30,850 bases of DNA from a virus (Duplodnaviria > Heunggongvirae > Uroviricota > Caudoviricetes): the IMG/VR virus record IMGVR_UViG_2563366976_000009, positions 1 to 30,850 of that record; one strand, written 5' to 3'. Positions within the stretch are counted from its first letter, which is position 1; each line of letters opens with the position of its first letter. The notes under the pieces were generated by a model. The model was not told where the DNA came from. It did not search any database and saw only the letters and a program-made list of their open reading frames with translations. A program made the translations under genes and the position numbers. Positions 1 through 8,140 of this stretch are shown here, piece after piece.

Positions 1-201
1 AAGAGCTGGAAAAACCGTGCAGAAGTGGAACTGGCCACACTCACGTGGGTGGACTGGTATAACAATCGACGATTGCTGGAAAGGCTGGGCCATACTCCTC
101 CGGCAGAAGCAGAAAAAGCTTATTATGCTTCCATCGGAAACGATGATCTGGCAGCCTGAGTTCACAGATAAAATACTCTCCAGGAAACCCGGGGCGGTTC
201 A
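1..201 (+). mobile_element. 3' end of an IS3-family insertion sequence. Frame 1 (1..159) encodes the C-terminal end of an rve-type transposase (…LATLTWVDWYNNRRLLERLGHTPPAEAEKAYYASIGNDDLAA*), followed by the probable right terminal repeat ending near …CCCGGGGCGGTTCA (about 201). Truncated by the window start.
   Basis: Frame-1 translation ends with the WxDWYNNxRxHxxLG-like integrase-core C-terminal motif and a TGA at 157-159. The element boundary is placed where cII-like coding sequence resumes. The ORF-track entry 17..226 is a different, spurious frame. Confidence 0.55.
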
Positions 202-390
202 ATTGGTTGTCATGAATCGAAGATAAGCAGAACGGACTGGCGGTTTATTGCTTCGGTCTTGTGTGCTTTCGGAATGGCATCAGACATCAGTCCAATTAGC
301 AGGGCTTTTAAGTATGCGCTTGATGAAATCACAAAGAAAAAATCCCCGGCCGCCACCGAGGATTTTAAGCAAATTGATATGCAATTCTGA
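202..390 (+). pseudogene. cII: cII-like transcriptional activator, C-terminal fragment only; the N-terminus is replaced by the IS element.
   Basis: The frame open from the IS boundary to TGA 388-390 translates …ESKISRTDWRFIASVLCAFGMASDISPISRAFKYALDEITKKKSPAATEDFKQIDMQF*. This closely parallels the remembered lambda CII C-terminus (…SQISRWKRDWIPKF…TNKKRPAATERSEQIQMEF). Confidence 0.55.
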
Positions 391-422
391 GGGAATTACT
401 GGATCAATCCACAGGAGTAATT

Positions 423-584
423 ATGACAAAACGTCGTAAGAAATACCAGGAAAAAGAAGAGATTCGACACCCTGATTCACCTGAGGGATTAGTGGTAGCC
501 GCAGCAAATAACAGGGCGTTCGCAGAGCGCCTTGTTGGTGTTTACAGACTAGCCAAAGCAGGAGTGAAACATGGGCGTCGTTAA
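423..584 (+). CDS. Hypothetical small basic protein (53 aa) between the cII fragment and the replication initiator gene.
   Basis: ATG 423 preceded by AGGAG; stop at 582-584. No family recognised. Confidence 0.3.
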   Translation: MTKRRKKYQEKEEIRHPDSPEGLVVAAANNRAFAERLVGVYRLAKAGVKHGRR

Positions 585-1461
585 GTTAGCTGATTACAGG
601 CATAACCCTGTACAACATCAGGAGGCATCCAGTATGGGGTATGCCTATATACACCGCCAGTTTATGGACAGCAGGCTCTATAAGGACTCTCAGGCAGTAC
701 ATCTTTGGCTTCACTTAATCCTCAAGGCTAATCACGAATCTACTGTCGTCAATACGGATATCGGGCCGATAACTGTTGATCGCGGTCAGATGATAACTGG
801 ACGCCCGTCGCTGGTCAGAGAAACATTCATCCCCGACAACAAAGTTCGGAGCTTATTACGGACTTTTGAGTCGAAAGGGATGCTTAATATTTGCTCGATG
901 GGGAAGAAATTTAGCCTGTTTACAATCGTTAAATATGACGATTTTCAGGCAAAAAATTGTCCAACGGTTGTCCAACGGTTGTCCAACGCAAACACCAGTA
1001 ATGGCGAGGCTCTCAGCGGAGATTGTCCAACGGTTGTCCAACGGTTGTCCATAAACAATAATATAAATAATATCTCTAATACTGACGTATTAGAGAGTGC
1101 CACAGCAGACAAAAAGTCTGACAAGAAAAAACCTTCCGTTAGCTGTCAGGATGTTGTCGATGCTTACCACGAAATCCTTCCTGAAGCGCCAAGAATCCGC
1201 GCACTGAATGACAAGCGTAAAAACCAGATCCGAACGTTCTGGCGCAAAGCCGGAGTGATAACCCGCCAGCTTGACGGGCATGGGTTCACGATGCAGGACT
1301 GGAGAAATTATTTGAGATACGTAGGCGAAAATTGCCGATGGATGTTCGAAGAGCGCCCAAACCATCAGCGAGGAACCGTCTGGCACAAAAAGGGATTTGA
1401 TTTCCTGCTTAACGATAATACCTACCTGAAAGTTCGTGAGGGTGAACACGATGACCGATAA
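571..1461 (+). CDS. Replication initiation protein, lambda O / P22 gp18-like, containing the origin iterons inside its coding sequence.
   Basis: Position immediately upstream of a DnaB-type helicase; internal iteron array plus AT-rich tract typical of lambdoid ori within the O gene; AGGAG RBS before ATG 571. Confidence 0.7.
   Translation: MGVVKLADYRHNPVQHQEASSMGYAYIHRQFMDSRLYKDSQAVHLWLHLILKANHESTVVNTDIGPITVDRGQMITGRPSLVRETFIPDNKVRSLLRTFESKGMLNICSMGKKFSLFTIVKYDDFQAKNCPTVVQRLSNANTSNGEALSGDCPTVVQRLSINNNINNISNTDVLESATADKKSDKKKPSVSCQDVVDAYHEILPEAPRIRALNDKRKNQIRTFWRKAGVITRQLDGHGFTMQDWRNYLRYVGENCRWMFEERPNHQRGTVWHKKGFDFLLNDNTYLKVREGEHDDR
957..1085 (+). repeat. Origin of replication: two clusters of three direct 11-bp iterons (TTGTCCAACGG, at 957-989 and 1023-1055) followed by an AT-rich unwinding tract (about 1053-1085).
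   Basis: Direct tandem repeats read in the sequence. The arrangement matches the ori-lambda layout (iterons then AT-rich region inside the initiator gene). Confidence 0.7.
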
Positions 1462-2887
1462 TTTTTATGCGCCGCCCCATAGCATCGAGGCAGAGCAGGC
1501 GGTGATTGGTGGATTGCTTCTGGATGATGACAGCAGTGAGCGCGTCCAGAAAGTTCTGGCGATGCTGAAGCCTGATTCATTTTACAGCCGATCACACAAA
1601 ATCCTTTTCGAAGAAATAACCAGAATGCACCGGGAGCAAAAGCCAGTAGATGGCCTGACGCTTTTCGATGAACTGGAGCGTAAATCGTTAACGGCGTCTG
1701 TTGGCGGTTTTGCTTATATCGCTGAGATCGCAAAGAACACGCCGAGCGCCGCAAACATCGTTGCCTATGCAATGCAGGTTCGCGAAACCGCAATGGAACG
1801 CTACGCCATCAACCGCATGACTGAAGCGACGGAATTGCTCTATTCCCGCAACGGAATGACTGCGACGCAGAAGTACGAAGCTATTCAGGCGATTTTCACG
1901 CAACTGACAGACCATGCAAAAACCGGATCGCGTCGCGGCCTTCGCTCATTTGGCGAGGTCATGGAAGACTGGGTTAGCGACCTTGAGAAGCGATTTGACC
2001 CATCAGGCGAACAACGGGGAATGAGCACAGGGATCCCATCGCTGGACAGGATGCTGTCACCGAAAGGTCTGGTGAAAGGCTCTCTGTTTGTCATTGGCGC
2101 TCGCCCTAAGATGGGGAAAACGACGCTATACAGCCAGATGGCAATCAACTGCGCAGTGCATGAGAAAAAGCCCGCTCTGATGTTCAGCCTTGAAATGCCC
2201 GGTGACCAGATACTGGAAAAACTGGTAGGACAGAAGTCAGGTGTTAACCCGAATATTTTTTACCTTCCGGCGACAAATGACGCTGATGACGGCTATCAGG
2301 GTGATTACGATGGTGACTTCAACAGGGCGATCGAAACAGCCAATCGCTTGAGTGAAATCGACCTGCTTTACATCGACGACACGCCGGGATTATCTCTGGC
2401 TCAAATCGTCAGCGAAAGCCGTCGAATCAAGCGAGAAAAAGGATGTGTTGGCATGATTCTGGTCGATTACCTGACACTAATGACCGCTGAAAAGGCCGAT
2501 CGCAACGACCTTGCTTACGGCATGATCACCAAAGGACTGAAGAACCTTGCCAAAGAGCTTGATTGCGTTGTTGTGCTTCTGACACAGCTTAACCGCGCAC
2601 TGGAAAGCCGAACCAATAAACGCCCATTACCAAGTGACTCACGAGATACAGGGCAGATTGAACAGGATTGCGATTATTGGGTGGGGATCCATCGTGAAGG
2701 TGCTTTTGATGACAGCGTTCCTCCTGGTGAAACCGAACTAATCCTTCGCCTCAATCGTCATGGCAATACCGGCACGGTGTATTGCATTCAGGCAAATGGC
2801 GCTATTTATGACACAGACCAACAGTCTGCTGAAATGCGCCGACGTGAACGCGAGGAACCGCAGTCCAAGAAGAAAGGAGGATTCTGA
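1436..2887 (+). CDS. DnaB-family replicative DNA helicase (P22 gene 12-like).
   Basis: 483 aa; Walker A GARPKMGKT and the DnaB N-terminal domain (…AEQAVIGGLLLD…). Alternative ATG start at 1451. Confidence 0.9.
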   Translation: MRVNTMTDNFYAPPHSIEAEQAVIGGLLLDDDSSERVQKVLAMLKPDSFYSRSHKILFEEITRMHREQKPVDGLTLFDELERKSLTASVGGFAYIAEIAKNTPSAANIVAYAMQVRETAMERYAINRMTEATELLYSRNGMTATQKYEAIQAIFTQLTDHAKTGSRRGLRSFGEVMEDWVSDLEKRFDPSGEQRGMSTGIPSLDRMLSPKGLVKGSLFVIGARPKMGKTTLYSQMAINCAVHEKKPALMFSLEMPGDQILEKLVGQKSGVNPNIFYLPATNDADDGYQGDYDGDFNRAIETANRLSEIDLLYIDDTPGLSLAQIVSESRRIKREKGCVGMILVDYLTLMTAEKADRNDLAYGMITKGLKNLAKELDCVVVLLTQLNRALESRTNKRPLPSDSRDTGQIEQDCDYWVGIHREGAFDDSVPPGETELILRLNRHGNTGTVYCIQANGAIYDTDQQSAEMRRREREEPQSKKKGGF

Positions 2888-3156
2888 TGAATAAAAAACA
2901 ATTAGCCATTCTCGAAAAGGCATGGGATGCACAAATATCATGCGCTTTGAAAGAACAGGCACTACCAATAATCCAGACCAAATCGAAAATAGCCAGGCAG
3001 TTATGCGATGACGGATTCCTGAACGAAGTTGAGATTACGCGCCAGATGGTAACGTTCAAAGGGTATGAGATAAATCATCATGGTATAGCGGCGTATTGCT
3101 CCCATCTTCCTGATGACGTTGACATTGATGAAATGGAAAGGGAGATGAAGCAATGA
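2887..3156 (+). CDS. Hypothetical nin-region protein (89 aa).
   Basis: ORF start overlaps the helicase stop; no family recognised. Confidence 0.4.
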   Translation: MNKKQLAILEKAWDAQISCALKEQALPIIQTKSKIARQLCDDGFLNEVEITRQMVTFKGYEINHHGIAAYCSHLPDDVDIDEMEREMKQ

Positions 3157-3245
3157 CTATCTACATCACTGAGCTTGTAACAGGCCTGCTGGTAATCGCA
3201 GGCCTTTTTATTTGGGGGAGAGTAATTGGAGGATTTAAGAAATGA
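3153..3245 (+). CDS. Possible 30-aa single-pass membrane peptide (MTIYITELVTGLLVIAGLFIWGRVIGGFKK).
   Basis: ATG overlaps the upstream stop (ATGA) and its own stop overlaps the next ATG (ATGA), suggesting translational coupling. One hydrophobic helix followed by a basic tail. Confidence 0.25.
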   Translation: MTIYITELVTGLLVIAGLFIWGRVIGGFKK

Positions 3246-3457
3246 GTACGATAGCTGAGCTTGTCAGGGCTAATTTTCGTGAAGAGTTGGTGCGTTGGTA
3301 TCGGTATCGTTCATCGTCAAGTTTGCCGCTTGATGAGTTGTATGAGCATTCACCTGCCGCACGACGCTATCCGCGTGACCGTGTTCTTCGGCGGTTGTTC
3401 AGACTCAACAATGAGTTTCAGCGCAACAGAATTATCCGGAGTCTGGATTTAAAGTGA
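3242..3457 (+). CDS. Hypothetical Arg-rich protein (71 aa).
   Basis: ORF in operon context; no family recognised. Confidence 0.35.
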   Translation: MSTIAELVRANFREELVRWYRYRSSSSLPLDELYEHSPAARRYPRDRVLRRLFRLNNEFQRNRIIRSLDLK

Positions 3458-3467
3458 AGGAGTGAGC

Positions 3468-3704
3468 ATGAGCGACCTATCATTAACCCAGCCAAAGCTA
3501 AAAGAATGTCCGTTTTGCGGCGGTAATGCTCGTCTGTGGGTTGAGGCCGGAATAAATATTGATGTGTGGGGCTATGCAGAATGTGACCTCTGTGAAGCCA
3601 GGGGGGCATGGGCACCATCAGTTGCTGCGGCGGCTGAAAAATGGAACCGGAGAGCAGGAGATGAAGCAAACCTTTCTGCTTCGCAACGAAGCAATCAGAA
3701 ATAA
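3468..3704 (+). CDS. Lar-family restriction-alleviation protein (Rac prophage Lar-like).
   Basis: Translation contains CPFCGG … C-x2-C … WNRRA, resembling Lar; AAGGAG RBS 5 nt upstream of ATG 3468. Confidence 0.5.
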   Translation: MSDLSLTQPKLKECPFCGGNARLWVEAGINIDVWGYAECDLCEARGAWAPSVAAAAEKWNRRAGDEANLSASQRSNQK

Positions 3705-4107
3705 CGCCATAGACGCAATACTCTCACTTCCCATCGACGACAAGTCACCCCACGAAGTCCACGTTAAAGAATCCAAGCGTAGCAAAGCGCAGAATGACCG
3801 TATGTGGCCGATGCTGAACGATGTTTCGCGTCAGGTGCTATGGCATGGTCAACGGCTGGCGCCGGAAGACTGGAAAGACCTGTTCACTGCCCTGTGGCTT
3901 AAGACCAAAAAACTGGAGCAACGAAGTGTGCCTGGTATCGACGGTGGCGTTGTCATGCTTGGCGTGCGTACCAGCAAAATGCGAAAGGCCAGCATGACTG
4001 AGCTTATCGAAATCATGTTTTGGTTCGGCTCAGAGCGCAACGTGCGGTGGAGTGATGACTCCCGGCGAGAGTATGAATGGTCACAACGAACAGGGAGGGA
4101 GGCATGA
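3661..4107 (+). CDS. ninB: NinB recombination protein.
   Basis: MKQTF…DQNRxxW…DVSRQVxWHG…SDD… matches remembered lambda NinB along its length. The ORF-track start at 3559 is an upstream extension. Confidence 0.85.
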   Translation: MKQTFLLRNEAIRNNAIDAILSLPIDDKSPHEVHVKESKRSKAQNDRMWPMLNDVSRQVLWHGQRLAPEDWKDLFTALWLKTKKLEQRSVPGIDGGVVMLGVRTSKMRKASMTELIEIMFWFGSERNVRWSDDSRREYEWSQRTGREA

Positions 4108-4286
4108 GGCGACAGCGACGAAGTTTCACCGACATCATCTGCGAAAACTGCAAATACCTTCCAACGAAACGCTCCAGAAATAAACGCAAGCCAATCCCAA
4201 AAGAATCTGACGTAAAAACCTTCAACTACACGGCTCACCTGTGGGATATCCGGTGGCTAAGACATCGTGCGAGGAAAACAAGGTGA
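4104..4286 (+). CDS. ninE: NinE protein.
   Basis: [60 protein letters not shown], near-identical to remembered lambda NinE. ATGA overlap with ninB. Confidence 0.85.
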   Translation: MRRQRRSFTDIICENCKYLPTKRSRNKRKPIPKESDVKTFNYTAHLWDIRWLRHRARKTR

Positions 4287-4462
4287 TTGACCAAAATCGA
4301 AGTTACGAACAAGAAAGCGTCGAGCGGGCTTTAACGTGCGCTAATTGCGGTCAGAAGCTGCATGTGCTGGAAGTTCACGTGTGTGAGCGTTGTATATATG
4401 AATGCTTAAATATGGTGGAACATAATGAGAAATATAAGCAACATAGACGAATTAAGAAATAA
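4283..4462 (+). pseudogene. ninF: ninF interrupted by an insertion. The N-terminal 37 codons are NinF-like ([37 protein letters not shown]), then the frame runs into unrelated sequence inside the inserted HNH gene.
   Basis: GTG start overlapping the ninE stop (GTGA). Similarity to lambda NinF stops abruptly after …HVCERC at about 4395. Confidence 0.7.
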
Positions 4463-4931
4463 ATTATCATATGATGATGTTTTAGGTGTACTTAGATGGA
4501 AAGTGTCTCCTTCTAATAATGTTAAGGTTGGCAGTGTTGCTGGTTACATTAGGAGTGATGGTTATAGGATGTTAACTATCGATGGTGTAATTACTTATGC
4601 TCACCACGTTATATGGATGATAAATAATGGTGAGATTCCATTAGGGTATAAAATTGATCATATAAATGGAGTAAGGTCAGATAATAGGCTATCTAATCTT
4701 CGATTGGTTACACACCAACAGAATGCACAGAACCAAAAGAGAAAAATAACCAATTCGTCAGGAGTGACTGGAGTATATTTCAATAAAGAGAGATGCAAGT
4801 GGATTGCGAATATATGCGTAGATGGGCGCACCAAATATCTTGGAATATTTGCTAGCATCATTGACGCTATTGCAGAAAGGAAGAGGGCAGAAAAAGAACT
4901 GGGTTTTCATGAAAACCATGGCAGACCATAA
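4425..4931 (+). CDS. HNH endonuclease with C-terminal AP2-type DNA-binding domain (free-standing homing-endonuclease-like), inserted within ninF.
   Basis: HNH motif …IDHINGVRSDNRLSNLRLVTHQQNAQN; AP2-like segment SGVTGVYFNKERCKWIANICVDGRTKYLGIF. Confidence 0.8.
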   Translation: MRNISNIDELRNKLSYDDVLGVLRWKVSPSNNVKVGSVAGYIRSDGYRMLTIDGVITYAHHVIWMINNGEIPLGYKIDHINGVRSDNRLSNLRLVTHQQNAQNQKRKITNSSGVTGVYFNKERCKWIANICVDGRTKYLGIFASIIDAIAERKRAEKELGFHENHGRP

Positions 4932-4932
4932 C

Positions 4933-4992
4933 TGCGCAGAACTGATGAGCGATCCGAATAGCTCAATGTACGAGGAAGAAGACGATGGCTAA
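4933..4992 (+). other. ninF: Displaced 3' remnant of ninF ([19 protein letters not shown]), in a different frame from the ninF 5' part.
   Basis: Translation matches the remembered lambda NinF C-terminus (…[19 protein letters not shown]). It begins 1 nt after the HNH stop and overlaps the ninG start as in lambda. Confidence 0.6.
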
Positions 4993-5596
4993 ACCAGCGC
5001 GAAGACGATGTAAAAACGATGAATGTCGGGAATGGTTTCACCCTGCATTCGCCAATCAGTGGTGGTGCTCTCCAGAGTGTGGAACCAAGATAGCACTCGA
5101 ACGACGAAGTAAAGAACGCGAAAAAGCGGAAAAGGCAGCAGAGAAGAAACGACGACGAGAGGAGCAGAAACAGAAAGATAAACTTAAGATTCGAAAACTC
5201 GCCTTAAAGCCCCGCAGTTACTGGATTAAACAAGCCCAACAAGCCGTAAACGCCTTCATCAGAGAAAGAGACCACGACTTACCATGTATCTCGTGCGGAA
5301 CGCTCACGTCTGCTCAGTGGGATGCCGGACATTACCGGACAACTTCTGCGGCACCTCAACTCCGATTTGATGAACGCAATATTCACAAGCAATGCGTGGT
5401 GTGCAACCAGCATAAAAGCGGAAATCTCGTTCCGTATCGCGTCGAACTGATTAACCGCATCGGGCAGGAAGCAGTAGACGAAATCGAATTAAACCATAAC
5501 CGCCATCGCTGGACTGTCGAAGAGTGCAGGGCCATCAAGGCGGAGTATCAGCAGAAACTTAAAAATCTGCGAAACAGCAGAAGTGAGGCAGCATGA
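4985..5596 (+). CDS. ninG: NinG (Rap) recombination protein.
   Basis: 203 aa, Cys-rich N-terminus and lysine-rich coil; size and position match lambda NinG. Confidence 0.8.
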   Translation: MAKPARRRCKNDECREWFHPAFANQWWCSPECGTKIALERRSKEREKAEKAAEKKRRREEQKQKDKLKIRKLALKPRSYWIKQAQQAVNAFIRERDHDLPCISCGTLTSAQWDAGHYRTTSAAPQLRFDERNIHKQCVVCNQHKSGNLVPYRVELINRIGQEAVDEIELNHNRHRWTVEECRAIKAEYQQKLKNLRNSRSEAA

Positions 5597-6264
5597 ATAT
5601 CTACGAAAGAATTGATGGCAGCAAATACCGAAATATTTGGGTAGCTGGCGACCTGCACGGATGCTACACGAACCTGATGAACAAACTGGATACGATTGGA
5701 TTCGACACCAAAAAAGACCTGCTTATCTCGGTTGGCGATTTGGTTGATCGTGGTGCAGAGAACGTTGAATGCCTGGAATTAATCACATTCCCCTGGTTCA
5801 GAGCTGTACGTGGAAACCATGAGCACATGATGATTGATGGCTTATCAGAGCGTGGAAACGTCAATCACTGGCTGCTTAATGGCGGTGGCTGGTTCTTTAA
5901 TCTCGATTACGACAAAGAAATTCTGGCTAAAGCTCTTGCCCATAAAGCAGATGAACTTCCGTTAATCATCGAACTGGTGAGCAAAGATAAAAAATATGTC
6001 ATCTGCCACGCCGATTATCCTTGTGACGAATACGAGTTTGGAAAGCCAGTTGATCATCAGCAGGTAATCTGGAACCGCGAACGAATCAGCAACTCACAAG
6101 ACGGGATCGTGAAAGAAATCAAAGGCGCGGACATGTTCATCTTTGGTCATACGCCAGCAGTGAAACCGCTCAAATTTGCCAACCAGATGTATATCGATAC
6201 CGGCGCAGTGTTCTGCGGAAATCTCACATTGATTCAGGTACAGGGAGAAGGCGCGTGGGCATAA
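5593..6264 (+). CDS. Ser/Thr protein phosphatase (lambda orf221 / NinI-type).
   Basis: GDLHG, GDLVDRG, GNHE calcineurin-like metallophosphatase motifs; near-identical to remembered lambda phosphatase. Confidence 0.9.
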   Translation: MNIYERIDGSKYRNIWVAGDLHGCYTNLMNKLDTIGFDTKKDLLISVGDLVDRGAENVECLELITFPWFRAVRGNHEHMMIDGLSERGNVNHWLLNGGGWFFNLDYDKEILAKALAHKADELPLIIELVSKDKKYVICHADYPCDEYEFGKPVDHQQVIWNRERISNSQDGIVKEIKGADMFIFGHTPAVKPLKFANQMYIDTGAVFCGNLTLIQVQGEGAWA

Positions 6265-6773
6265 GAGAACTAAACCTCACCAAAGAACAGCATGAGTGGC
6301 TGAATGGCTGGCTTGAACTGTGGGGCGCATGGGTTTATTCAGGTCGTCTGGAAAAGCGCATGAGCAGCGTAATAGCGAAGTTCATGGAGAGCGTAGAGCC
6401 GGGAAGAGTTATGACAAGGCCAATGTGTAATGATGATGATGGAATGTTGATTTCTCAGGTCGTCGATTCCGTCATGTACATTGACAAGAAAGCCTTTGGC
6501 ATCCTCCTCAGCTACTACGCTCATGGTTCATCTAAGCGAGCAATTGCATCCTACTATCACGCGACTGCAAAGCCACGCAAGATGTGTGGACGTGGTGGCG
6601 AGGGATGGAGAAAACCTTCAATGGCAACCTGTAGAAACGAAATTGACGACATCCTGAAAGCGTCGTTATTTGTTTTGTACCAACCAATGCAAAATGCTTT
6701 CAAAATGCGTAAACGTGTTGAGAAAGTTAAGCATGTTGCTGTTAAAAGTCTTGACATGCAATTAGCCATTTAG
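6255..6773 (+). CDS. Late-gene antiterminator Q (non-lambda Q family).
   Basis: Position immediately upstream of a late-promoter/terminator pair; WLELWGAW…RPMCNDDD motif resembles the Quu-type antiterminator family; not similar to lambda Q itself. Confidence 0.65.
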   Translation: MGIRELNLTKEQHEWLNGWLELWGAWVYSGRLEKRMSSVIAKFMESVEPGRVMTRPMCNDDDGMLISQVVDSVMYIDKKAFGILLSYYAHGSSKRAIASYYHATAKPRKMCGRGGEGWRKPSMATCRNEIDDILKASLFVLYQPMQNAFKMRKRVEKVKHVAVKSLDMQLAI

Positions 6774-6780
6774 CCATAAT
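6751..6780 (+). promoter_or_regulatory. Candidate late promoter (PR'-like): -35 TTGACA (6751-6756), 18-bp spacer, -10 CATAAT (6775-6780), overlapping the Q stop codon.
   Basis: Consensus-like sigma70 hexamers read in the sequence; location matches lambdoid late promoters. Confidence 0.5.
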
Positions 6781-6820
6781 ATTCACATATGCTGCTGCTT
6801 TTGCATTCAGCAACCATCAC

Positions 6821-6846
6821 AAGCCCACCTCCTGTGGGCTTTTTTG
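6821..6846 (+). terminator. Rho-independent terminator about 40-60 nt downstream of the candidate late promoter (tR'-like): AAGCCCAC-ctcct-GTGGGCTT followed by TTTTT.
   Basis: Perfect 8-bp GC-rich stem and U-run read in the sequence. Confidence 0.65.
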
Positions 6847-6967
6847 CATTCGCGTGCAATCAAAACAAGAGTCTTAGTGATATGGGCCTGAGATATGGTG
6901 GTGGAAACATCGCTCCGCTCTTGGCTGTCATATCTACGCGAACAGGCTCTATCCCTAAGGTAAAGCG

Positions 6968-7480
6968 ATGAAAGAAATAAAATTAACGCCAGAAATGGTG
7001 CTTTCTGTTGTTGATTACAATCCATCATCAGGCGACTTTCACTGGAGATGGAGGCAGGGGAGAGAGAGGACCACTTTGACATGGAACTCTCGTTTTGCTT
7101 TCAAGAAATGCTCATCAATAAATTCTGATGGGTATTTAATGATTATGATTAATGGTAAAGCATGCCCTGCTCACAGACTGGCATGGTTGATTGTTTATGG
7201 CACCATGCCCGATGGTTTTATTGATCACATCAACAGGGTAAGAACAGATAACCGGATATCAAATCTTCGTCTTGTCACTCATTCCGAAAATATGCAAAAC
7301 AGGAAAATTCAGAAGAATAATAAATCTGGATACCGTGGCGTGTCTTGGGATGCTAAGTACGGGAAATGGAGAGCAAGAATTAATGCGTCTGGAAAGTGTA
7401 TTAACCTTGGATACCATGACACTGCCGAACTTGCCGCTGCGGCTTTTGAGGCAGCCAGAATGAAATATCATACCGTTTAA
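6968..7480 (+). CDS. Second HNH endonuclease with AP2-type domain, paralogous to the one in ninF.
   Basis: …IDHINRVRTDNRISNLRLVTHSENMQN… and YRGVSWDAKYGKWRARINASGKCINLGY; RBS AAGG before the ATG. Confidence 0.8.
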   Translation: MKEIKLTPEMVLSVVDYNPSSGDFHWRWRQGRERTTLTWNSRFAFKKCSSINSDGYLMIMINGKACPAHRLAWLIVYGTMPDGFIDHINRVRTDNRISNLRLVTHSENMQNRKIQKNNKSGYRGVSWDAKYGKWRARINASGKCINLGYHDTAELAAAAFEAARMKYHTV

Positions 7481-7491
7481 AGATGTAAGCT

Positions 7492-7530
7492 GCCGTTAGT
7501 GACTCTTAAGTTGCAACGGTGGCTTTTTTT
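7492..7530 (+). terminator. Weak terminator-like hairpin with a 7-T run downstream of the second HNH gene.
   Basis: Imperfect stem (GCCGTT…AACGG/GGC) followed by TTTTTTT. Confidence 0.35.
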
Positions 7531-7913
7531 ATTTGCACAACAGGTAAGAGCATTGAGTCGATAATCGTGAAGAGTCGGCGCGCCTGGTTAGCCAGTGCTC
7601 TTTCCGTTGTGCTGAATTAAGCGAATACCGGAAGCAGAACCGGATCACCAAATGCGTACAGGCGTCATCGCCGCCCAGCAACAGCACAACCCAAACTGAG
7701 CCGTAGCCACTGGCTATCCTGAATTCATCAGTGATAGTTACGCTGCGGCCTTCTACACATGACCTTCGTGAAAGCGGGTGGCAAGAGGTTGCGCTAACAA
7801 CCTCCTGCCGTTTTGCCCGTGCATATCGGTCACGAACAAATCTGATTACTAAACACAGTAGCCTGGATTTGTTCTATCAGTAATCGACCTTATTCCTAAT
7901 TAAATAGAGCAAA

Positions 7914-7948
7914 TCCCCTCAATGAAGGGGTAGAGCATGTACCGTATG
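7914..7948 (+). promoter_or_regulatory. Holin translational control region: stem-loop CCCCT-caatga-AGGGG (7915-7930) just upstream of dual in-frame starts (ATG 7937 and ATG 7946, giving MYRM…).
   Basis: Hairpin and two in-frame Met codons read directly; same architecture as the lambda S sdi structure with S107/S105 dual starts. Confidence 0.5.
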
Positions 7949-8140
7949 GACAAAATCAGAGAATGGTTCAGTTACAGCTTCGGAGGACTGACTGCGATGG
8001 GTGGCATTCTCTCCCTGAATGACTGGGCTGTCATCATTGGTATTCTTTGTACTGTCGGCACATTTGGCATCAACTGGTACTACAAGCGCAAAGAGCGCGA
8101 GGACAGATTGAATGGCAATGTCACCGGCACTACGAAATAG
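7937..8140 (+). CDS. Holin (two predicted transmembrane segments, possibly pinholin-like) with a dual-start motif.
   Basis: 67 aa with two hydrophobic segments ([33 protein letters not shown]) and a charged C-terminus; located immediately 5' of the endolysin. Confidence 0.55.
   Translation: MYRMDKIREWFSYSFGGLTAMGGILSLNDWAVIIGILCTVGTFGINWYYKRKEREDRLNGNVTGTTK

Noticed and set aside
17-226. ORF-track ORF (69 aa) overlapping the IS end.
   Set aside because: It is an alternative frame across the IS terminus. The frame-1 translation, not this one, carries the transposase C-terminal motif.
248-439. ORF-track ORF (63 aa) upstream of the replication genes.
   Set aside because: Alternative frame overlapping the cII-like fragment; the cII-like frame ending at 388-390 is better supported.
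957-1055. Tandem direct repeats considered as a possible CRISPR array.
   Set aside because: The 11-bp units are contiguous with no spacers and lie inside an initiator gene; they are replication-origin iterons.
3559-3660. 5' extension of the ninB ORF given in the ORF track.
   Set aside because: NinB similarity begins at ATG 3661 (MKQTF…); the extension overlaps the Lar-like gene.
6789-6971. 60-aa ORF spanning the late terminator.
   Set aside because: It overlaps a strong terminator hairpin and has no RBS; likely non-coding.
7540-7930. Possible tRNA, stx or other cargo gene between Q and the holin, as seen in some lambdoid prophages.
   Set aside because: No ORF of 60 aa or more and no tRNA-like cloverleaf was recognised by eye. 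The segment reads as lambda-like non-coding leader.
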